From assembly GCA_964244895.1 (NCBI GenBank), contig CAXTKV010000147.1, positions 1-13,563 of the forward strand: a stretch of 13,563 bases of DNA, written 5' to 3'. This document shows, in pieces, positions 7,455-13,563 of the stretch. The first letter of the stretch is position 1; every line of letters starts with the position of its first letter. The stretch is from an uncultured Deinococcales bacterium (GTDB lineage: Bacteria > Deinococcota > Deinococci > Deinococcales > JAAFIG01). The position numbers and the translations under genes are program-made. The notes under the pieces are model-generated. The model ran no database searches, was not told the DNA's origin, and saw only the letters and a list, made by a program, of their open reading frames with translations.

Positions 7455-8147
7455 GTGATCCCGATTTACGACACCATCAAATCGTCCACGATCCCGTGGG
7501 TGACGCGTACGATCATCGTCGTGAACCTGGCCGTGTACGCGTACATGGCGCTCTTGGATGGCAACTGGTTGTCTTTCGATGGGCCGCGCGTGAATGCGTT
7601 CATTCAGGAGTGGGCGTTCAAACCCTCGACGTTGCTGCAAAATCCTTTGGATGCTGTGCGGGACATCTTCGTTTCGATGTTCATGCACGGTGGGCTGGAG
7701 CACATCGCGGGCAACATGTTGTTCTTGTGGATCTTCGGGGACAACGTCGAAGATCGGTTGGGTCACGGGCGCTTCCTGGGCTTTTACCTGGTCGGTGGCG
7801 TGGTCGCGGCCCTGACGCAGGCGGCGCTCGGTGGTTTCCTGGCGGGCAATCCGTCCGGCGCGATGCTGGGCGCGTCTGGAGCCATCGGTGCGGTGCTGGG
7901 CGCGTATTTAACGCTCTATCCGTCATCGCAGATTTACACGATCATCTTTCCGCTGTTCCGGTTTTTCATTCCGGCCTACCTGTACTTGCCGTACTGGGCG
8001 CTGATTCAGTTCGTTCAGCTTTCCAGCGGTCAGGCTGGCGTGGCGCTCTGGGCGCACATCGGCGGGTTTTTGTTCGGCCTGGTGGCGGTGCGCTTCCTGG
8101 CCAGCCGAGAGCCGGATTTTATTTCTTCCGGGCGTTTCGGTCGGTAG
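7455..8147 (+). CDS. Rhomboid family intramembrane serine protease
   Basis: FMHGGLEHIAGNMLFLWIFGDNVEDRLG, catalytic GASGA and WAHIGGF; multiple TM segments; TAATCT -10 (7443-7448) 6 nt before GTG. Confidence 0.95.
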   Translation: MIPIYDTIKSSTIPWVTRTIIVVNLAVYAYMALLDGNWLSFDGPRVNAFIQEWAFKPSTLLQNPLDAVRDIFVSMFMHGGLEHIAGNMLFLWIFGDNVEDRLGHGRFLGFYLVGGVVAALTQAALGGFLAGNPSGAMLGASGAIGAVLGAYLTLYPSSQIYTIIFPLFRFFIPAYLYLPYWALIQFVQLSSGQAGVALWAHIGGFLFGLVAVRFLASREPDFISSGRFGR

Positions 8148-8276
8148 TTTCCGGCTCGAGCGAGGATCGTTCCAGACGCGCTGATTTATTTTTGAAGACG
8201 CGAGATGTCTCGCAAAAATCGAGATTGAGCCTGAAGCACGAGAATCCTCGCGCTTCGGGTCGGAGTCTCGCGAGAC

Positions 8277-9140
8277 TCACTTTATTTCGTCCTGGACGGT
8301 TTTTTCGTCACCGGATTGCACCAGTGCGCCGCGAGGCTGTTCCCGCGAGAAGCGCACGTCGCGCTCGCCTCTCCAGCTCGGATCGCGCTTCTCGAGGAAG
8401 GCCGCGACACCTTCTTTGAGGTCGTCGGTGGTGCGCACCCAGGCGTTCAGACCGACCGCGTAACGCATGGATTCTTCTAAGCCCATACCGGGCAGGCTGG
8501 CGATCAGTTCTTTGGTGGCGCTCAGGGCGGTCGGTGGGTTCTGCGCGATCTCGAGCGCCAGGGCGACCGCCGCGTCACAGGCGGTTCCGTCCGGCGCAAT
8601 CCGGTTGACCAGTCCGATGCGGTGCGCCTGTGCGGCATCGATCAACTTGCCCGTCAAGAGCAATTCTCGGGCGTGTTTTTCACCGACGCAGCGCGCCAGG
8701 ATCACGCCGACCATCGCGGCCACGAAGCCGAGCCGAACCTCGGTGTAGCCGATCCGGGCGCTCTGGCCGATCACGCACAGATCGCAGGCCGTCGCCAGTC
8801 CCGCTCCGCCAGCGATGGCCGCGCCCTCGACGGCGGCGATCACGGGTTTCGGGTAGGTGTAAAGCCGCAAGAACAACTGCGCCAGCCGCGCGGAGTCCGC
8901 CTTGATCGCCTCGCTCGAGGCGTCGCGCATGGCGCGCAAGTTGTCCAGGTCAGCACCGCTGCAGAAGACATCACCCTGGCCGGTCAGCACGACGGCGCGA
9001 ACGTCCTGACGACCTTCGAGTTCGTCCAGGCGGTCGCTCAGGGCCGCGATCAATTCCGGCGAGAGCGCGTTCTTGACTTCTGGGCGGTTCAATCTGAGTA
9101 CGGCGATGCGTCCGCGCGCCTCGAGCGTGACGAGTTCCAT
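8277..9140 (-). CDS. Enoyl-CoA hydratase/isomerase (crotonase) family, methylglutaconyl-CoA hydratase-like
   Basis: LNRPEVKNAL, FCSGADL, PKPVIAAVEGAAIAGGAGLATACD, TEVRLG and EGVAAFLEKRDPSW; TAGAAT -10 (9148-9153) 7 nt before ATG. Exact substrate is inference. Confidence 0.92.
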   Translation of the reverse strand: MELVTLEARGRIAVLRLNRPEVKNALSPELIAALSDRLDELEGRQDVRAVVLTGQGDVFCSGADLDNLRAMRDASSEAIKADSARLAQLFLRLYTYPKPVIAAVEGAAIAGGAGLATACDLCVIGQSARIGYTEVRLGFVAAMVGVILARCVGEKHARELLLTGKLIDAAQAHRIGLVNRIAPDGTACDAAVALALEIAQNPPTALSATKELIASLPGMGLEESMRYAVGLNAWVRTTDDLKEGVAAFLEKRDPSWRGERDVRFSREQPRGALVQSGDEKTVQDEIK

Positions 9141-9247
9141 GCTGCGGATTCTAGTCGTTCCGGCGCGAAGAATTGGTGTTCGATTTCGGGCCGGTGAATG
9201 TCTCGAGCGAGAAACCGCGAGCCGTCAACCTTTCGCTGCGATTCTTG

Positions 9248-9301
9248 GAAACACCGTCCAGCACGTGATGAACGCACTCTGAAGAACGCTGTCCGGCACG
9301 C
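9248..9301. repeat. Two directly oriented arms of the REP-like element
   Basis: GAAACACCGTCCAGCACGTG (9248-9267) and AGAACGCTGTCCGGCACGC (9283-9301). Confidence 0.75.
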
Positions 9302-9324
9302 TGTCTCTTCTCGGCCCCGATCGC

Positions 9325-12300
9325 TTACGGCTGCAATTCCAGATTCCGATTCGATCCGCTCACCGCAGGGTGCAGGAAGGACTGCACCTCTCGGCCCGAA
9401 CACGGAAATCCGAACAAATGCCCCTGTAGGCGGTCGCAACCGAGCGAGCGCAATATTTCAGCCTGGAACTCGGATTCGACACCTTCGGCCACGACCTCGA
9501 GCTGCAACTGGTGGGCGATGGTCACGATGGCCGGAACCAGCGAGCGCTCGCTCGGGCCTTGCTGAAGTTCGCGAATGAACGAACGGTCAACTTTCAACAC
9601 GTCCACCGGCAAATTCTTGAGGTACGACAACGACGAATACCCCGTGCCGAAGTCGTCGATTGCGACCCGCACGCCCAGCCCGTGCAGGGCCCGAATGCGT
9701 TCCGCGACCAGATCGAAATCGCGGGTGAAAACGCCTTCGGTCAGCTCCAGTTCCAGGTAGCGGGCTTCCAGGCCGTGGCGCTCGAGCGCGTCGGTCACGG
9801 ATTCCAGGAAGTCCGGGCGGATGATGTGAAGGGCGGTGATGTTGACCGCGCACGGCACGATCTCGAAACCCGCGCGCCGCCAGGCGGCGGTCTGACGGCA
9901 GGCTTCGTTCAGCACCCAAATATCGATCGGCACGATCAATCCGGATTCTTCGGCGACCGGAATGAAAATCGTCGGGCTGATCTGGGTGACGCCGGGACGG
10001 TTCCAGCGCAGCAGCGCCTCGAGCGCCACGGTGCGACCCGTGGCGTCCAGTTGCGGCTGGTAGTGAACCTCGAATTCCTCTCGTTCGATTGCGCGCCGCA
10101 ATGCGCCCTCGAGTTCCAGGCGTTCGGCGGCCATGCCTTTCATGGACGAGGTGAAAAGCTGAACGCCGTTCTTGCCGCGCAGCTTGACGTGATAGAGCGC
10201 AGCATCGGCGTTCGATTGCAGCGCGGTGGCATCCAGTCCGGCATCCGGGTGGATCGCCAAGCCCGCGCTGGCCGAGACGAAAAACTCGTGTCCGTCCAGC
10301 ACGAGGGGTTCGCGCAGCGTCTCTAAAAGGGCGTGCGCCCGAGCCAGGATCTCCTCAGGGCTTCGCAGCTCGAACACGGCGGCGAATTCGTCCCCACCGA
10401 AGCGGGCGACCATCCCCGCCAGGCCGGATTCGCCGTTCAGGCGTTCCGCAACGCGCTTCAAGAGCGCATCGCCGAAGGCGTGACCGAAGGAATCGTTGTA
10501 GTGCTTGAAGCCGTCCAGATCGAGGAACATCACGCCGACCGCGACCGTCCCCCGGCGCGCATTCGAGAGCGCCCGTTCGAGCCAGCGCTCGAACTGCACG
10601 CGGTTGGGCAACCCGGTCAGCGCATCGTAATTGGCCTGGTGGGTCAAGCGGGCCATCATGTGATCGCGTTCGATGGCGATGGCCGCCAGTTGCGCGACCA
10701 GCTTCAGGGCTTCGGTCTCTGAGGGTTTGGGCGCGCGCGGCTGAGTGAAGCACAGGCTGACCAGCCCGAGCGCGTCGCCCGAGGATGTTTTGACCGGGTT
10801 CGTCCAGACGGCCCGCATCCCGAGTCTGGCGGTCAGATCGGCCAGGTTGAGGGGCTGATTCTGGAACAGGTCTTTGATCACGGTGGGTTCCGAGAGCAGC
10901 CGCTCGAGACCGGATGCGCCCAGGATCGGATCGAGTCGCTGCGGGTCGAACACGTCCCGAACGCCATCAGGCGCACCAAAAGAGGCCAGAAGGCGCAGGT
11001 GATCGCCGTCCTGGACGCTGATCCCAGCGAACCCACCGGGAAACTGGCGCTCGAGCATGGCGCAGAGCGCTGCCAGCACGACCTCGAGCAATTCGTCGCG
11101 CGCAATCATCTCGAGCGCCCCGCTCCGATCCCGCTCGAGCGCCTGGGCGTTGCGCTGGCTGGTGATGTCGGTCTGCACGCCGCGCAGAATCGGTGCCGAT
11201 CCGGGTTCGCGCACGACCGTGACCACGTCGCGCACCCAGACGGTCTGCCCGTCGGCGGCCAGGATGCGGTAATCGACTTGCCAGCCATCGCCCTGTTTGT
11301 CCCAGTGGGTGGCCAGATCCAGGACGCGTTGGCGGTCTTCGGGGTGCAGACGGCTTTCCCACAAGTGCGGGTTCTCGAGCCAGGTTTGCGGCGGGTACCC
11401 GCGCAGGGCTTCGACCTGCGGGCTGAGGAAGGTGTAACCCGCCTGTCCGGCTACGGCCTCCCAGAAGACGCCCTTGACGGATTCGATCAGGTTCTTGTAG
11501 GCCAGCCGGTCGTTTTCCAGGGCGATGGCCGCCCGTTTTTCTTCGGTGATGTCCAGCATCACGCCGCGAAAGCGGTCCTGTTGACCGGGTTCGGAAACGA
11601 AAGACGACACGTCGCGAAACCAGACCGTGCGCCCGTCCCTGGCGATCATGCGGTACTCGCTTCGGACGCCGCGACGCTCCAGCAGCGCGTCCGCCCAGGC
11701 CCTGGATGCAGCCTCGCGGTCGTCGGGATGGACGTGATCGGCCCAGAAGTTCTCGTGTTCCAGCCAGTCCTTGACGGGATACCCGAGCAGGCGCTCGACC
11801 TGCGGGCTGTTGTAAAGGTTTCGTCCCGTGGCGGCTTCGGCTTCCCACAGCACGGCATCGACGGTATCGATGATGGTTCTGGCCTGGACTTCGCTGCGCG
11901 CCAGGGCGCGCTGCATCTCGAGTTCCACCGTGCGATCCAGCAGCGTCCCGGCCAGCCCGACGACCCGCCCAGTGTCGTCGCGACGCGCCCAGGTGTCCAG
12001 GTCCAGCCAGCCGAGGCTGTCGTCCTTTCGGGTGTAACGCGGGGTGGCGTGAACGTCCGGCACGCGCCCGGCCAGCAGTTCGGCCCAAGATTCCAGGCAG
12101 GCCTCGCGGTCGTCGAGGTGCAAGAAATCCACCAATCGACGCCCGAGCGAGTCATCCACGGTGTGACCGGTGATGGTCGTCCAGTTCTGGTTCAAGAACA
12201 CCAATCGCCCCTCGGTGTCCGTCTGAAACAGGGTTTCCTTGACGGACTCGACCACGTCCCGATAGCGCTTCTGGCTTTCGCGCAATTCGTGTTCGACGCG

Positions 12301-12894
12301 TTGGCGCTCGAGCAATTCGGCCTGCGCTTCGGCCCGGAGCTGGGCGTGTTCGAGGGTGATCGAGGCCAGCGCCGCGAATCGTTCCAACCGGTCGATATCG
12401 TCCGGGGTGAAGCACCGTACAGGATCGTTCAGACCCAAGCCGATCACGCCCACGACCTGTTCGCCGCGTCTGAGCGGCACGCCCAGGCTGACCCGCACCA
12501 CACCGTGCGGGTAGCCCACCGCGCGGCCTTCCCAGGCGTCGTAATTTTCAATCAGTAGCGTTTCGCCCGATTGCCAGACGCGCCCGCCGACGCCCTCTCC
12601 GGCGCGGAGCCGATAACCCTCGAGCCCCGAGAAGCTGCCCGAGCAGAACCGCGCCTCGAGCGCGGCTCCATCCTCAGACTGAAAGTACAAGTAGGCGTTC
12701 GGCGTGCCGACCATCGCGGCGGCGGAACGCGTCACCAGCTCGAGCAGCTCCTCGAGTTCGACGGGGGCGAACCGCAAAAGCGGCCCGTGGGACGTTCTTT
12801 CGCCTCGATCGGCCTCGAGCGATTCATTTAAGAGGCTCAATGCGTCCTGCCCCAACGTTTCAAAACCCCCCACATCATCCCCCTGAAACGGCAC
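9325..12894 (-). CDS. Diguanylate cyclase/phosphodiesterase: GAF-PAS-PAS-PAS-GAF-GGDEF-EAL
   Basis: GAF (GEGVGGRVWQSGE..GVPL..VVGVI); three PAS/PAC domains (FLHLDD, HVHPDD, RLHPED; DG..W); second GAF; DALTGLPNR, FLDLDGFK, RFGGDEF; EALLRW, LELELTE, IDDFGTGYSSL, KVDRSF, AEGVE. Start codon uncertain. Confidence 0.95.
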   Translation of the reverse strand: MPFQGDDVGGFETLGQDALSLLNESLEADRGERTSHGPLLRFAPVELEELLELVTRSAAAMVGTPNAYLYFQSEDGAALEARFCSGSFSGLEGYRLRAGEGVGGRVWQSGETLLIENYDAWEGRAVGYPHGVVRVSLGVPLRRGEQVVGVIGLGLNDPVRCFTPDDIDRLERFAALASITLEHAQLRAEAQAELLERQRVEHELRESQKRYRDVVESVKETLFQTDTEGRLVFLNQNWTTITGHTVDDSLGRRLVDFLHLDDREACLESWAELLAGRVPDVHATPRYTRKDDSLGWLDLDTWARRDDTGRVVGLAGTLLDRTVELEMQRALARSEVQARTIIDTVDAVLWEAEAATGRNLYNSPQVERLLGYPVKDWLEHENFWADHVHPDDREAASRAWADALLERRGVRSEYRMIARDGRTVWFRDVSSFVSEPGQQDRFRGVMLDITEEKRAAIALENDRLAYKNLIESVKGVFWEAVAGQAGYTFLSPQVEALRGYPPQTWLENPHLWESRLHPEDRQRVLDLATHWDKQGDGWQVDYRILAADGQTVWVRDVVTVVREPGSAPILRGVQTDITSQRNAQALERDRSGALEMIARDELLEVVLAALCAMLERQFPGGFAGISVQDGDHLRLLASFGAPDGVRDVFDPQRLDPILGASGLERLLSEPTVIKDLFQNQPLNLADLTARLGMRAVWTNPVKTSSGDALGLVSLCFTQPRAPKPSETEALKLVAQLAAIAIERDHMMARLTHQANYDALTGLPNRVQFERWLERALSNARRGTVAVGVMFLDLDGFKHYNDSFGHAFGDALLKRVAERLNGESGLAGMVARFGGDEFAAVFELRSPEEILARAHALLETLREPLVLDGHEFFVSASAGLAIHPDAGLDATALQSNADAALYHVKLRGKNGVQLFTSSMKGMAAERLELEGALRRAIEREEFEVHYQPQLDATGRTVALEALLRWNRPGVTQISPTIFIPVAEESGLIVPIDIWVLNEACRQTAAWRRAGFEIVPCAVNITALHIIRPDFLESVTDALERHGLEARYLELELTEGVFTRDFDLVAERIRALHGLGVRVAIDDFGTGYSSLSYLKNLPVDVLKVDRSFIRELQQGPSERSLVPAIVTIAHQLQLEVVAEGVESEFQAEILRSLGCDRLQGHLFGFPCSGREVQSFLHPAVSGSNRNLELQP

Positions 12895-12954
12895 GAATGC
12901 GCTTATTGAAACGGTAGCAATGCGTTACTTATGGAAAACTTACAACTCCGAGAC

Positions 12955-12983
12955 TTGCGTGCCGTGCGGCGCGTCCATACAAT
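12955..12983 (+). promoter_or_regulatory. Sigma70-type promoter of the FmdB-like gene
   Basis: TTGCGT (12955-12960), 17 nt, TACAAT (12978-12983); RBS AGGAGG at 13008-13013. Confidence 0.75.
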
Positions 12984-13020
12984 GCCTTCGGATCAGCCCA
13001 TGAGATCAGGAGGATTTCAA

Positions 13021-13362
13021 ATGCCAACCTACGTTTATCGCGGTCTGGAATCCGGAGAGGTCTTCGAGGTCGAACAACGCATGACCGAAGCGCCTCTGAC
13101 GCACAACCCGACCACGGGCGAACCCGTGTCCCGCGTGATTCAGGCCACCGGGATCGTCTTCAAGGGTAGCGGCTTCTACAAGACCGACTCCAGAGGCTCG
13201 AGCGGGAACAGCGCCGCCAAACCAGAAACGGACACCCCGAAAGCCGCCTCGCCCGAACCGAAAGCTGCCGCTTCGAGCGATACCGCACCCGCCAGCAGCG
13301 AGTCCAAAGCGGCAAGCCCACCCGAGCCGAAAGCCAGCGCGCCCTCGAGCAAGCCCGAATAG
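13021..13362 (+). CDS. FmdB-family zinc-ribbon-like regulatory protein lacking cysteines, with an Ala/Ser/Pro/Lys low-complexity tail
   Basis: MPTYVYR..G..FEV.Q.M...PL...P..G....RVI...GIVFKGSGFYKTD matches the FmdB pattern; AGGAGG 7 nt before ATG 13021. Confidence 0.9.
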   Translation: MPTYVYRGLESGEVFEVEQRMTEAPLTHNPTTGEPVSRVIQATGIVFKGSGFYKTDSRGSSGNSAAKPETDTPKAASPEPKAAASSDTAPASSESKAASPPEPKASAPSSKPE

Positions 13363-13374
13363 CCCAGATTCAGC

Positions 13375-13422
13375 AGAACCGTCCGGCAAGCGTATTTAAC
13401 CATGCGTGCTGGACGGTGTTCT
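13375..13422. repeat. REP-like element (inverted pair), possibly also the terminator for the FmdB-like gene
   Basis: AGAACCGTCCGGCAAGCG (13375-13392) ... TGCGTGCTGGACGGTGTTCT (13403-13422), the latter identical to 1199-1218. Confidence 0.85.
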
Positions 13423-13528
13423 TTGTGTGACCACTTCGAGCGACCGCCAGCTCGAATCGTTGCGCCCGTCCCCTCGAAACTTTCCGGCGGAGTCCTCAAG
13501 CGGCCTCCAGTCGGGTAAACTGCCGCTC

Positions 13529-13563
13529 GTGATTTCCTTCGGTGGCGGCGTGCGGATCGGCGG
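13529..13563 (+). CDS. Probable start of a leaderless CDS truncated by the window edge (MISFGGGVRIG...)
   Basis: TAAACT (13516-13521) 7 nt before GTG, the same geometry as other genes here; only 11 full codons visible. Confidence 0.45.
   Translation, partial: MISFGGGVRIG

Overview
GC-rich bacterial chromosomal window, probably Deinococcota. This is inferred from leaderless genes with a -10 hexamer 6-7 nt before the start codon, an outer-membrane barrel, a Cys-free FmdB and a TPR-wHTH-BTAD regulator. Gene order: partial GNAT-like CDS (-), exodeoxyribonuclease III (-), aldo/keto reductase (-), tRNA-Leu(CAG) (-), a FadL/TraF-like beta-barrel plus lipoprotein pair (+), a TPR-wHTH-BTAD (SARP-like) regulator (-), an unannotated 37-aa secreted propeptide (+), rhomboid protease (+), enoyl-CoA hydratase (-), GAF-3xPAS-GAF-GGDEF-EAL protein (-), FmdB-like protein (+), and a probable CDS start at the right edge. 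The main finding is the small ORF at 7168-7281, missing from the ORF track. It has a strong RBS, a Sec signal peptide ending AMA, an 11-residue mature peptide DPGGLIGPVGG and its own terminator, and it lies divergent from the TPR regulator. This is a candidate RRNPP-like peptide-signalling cassette with a SARP-type output. Also notable: a REP-like ~21-nt repeat family in most intergenic regions and strong over-representation of CTCGAG. All calls are by eye; no database searches were run.
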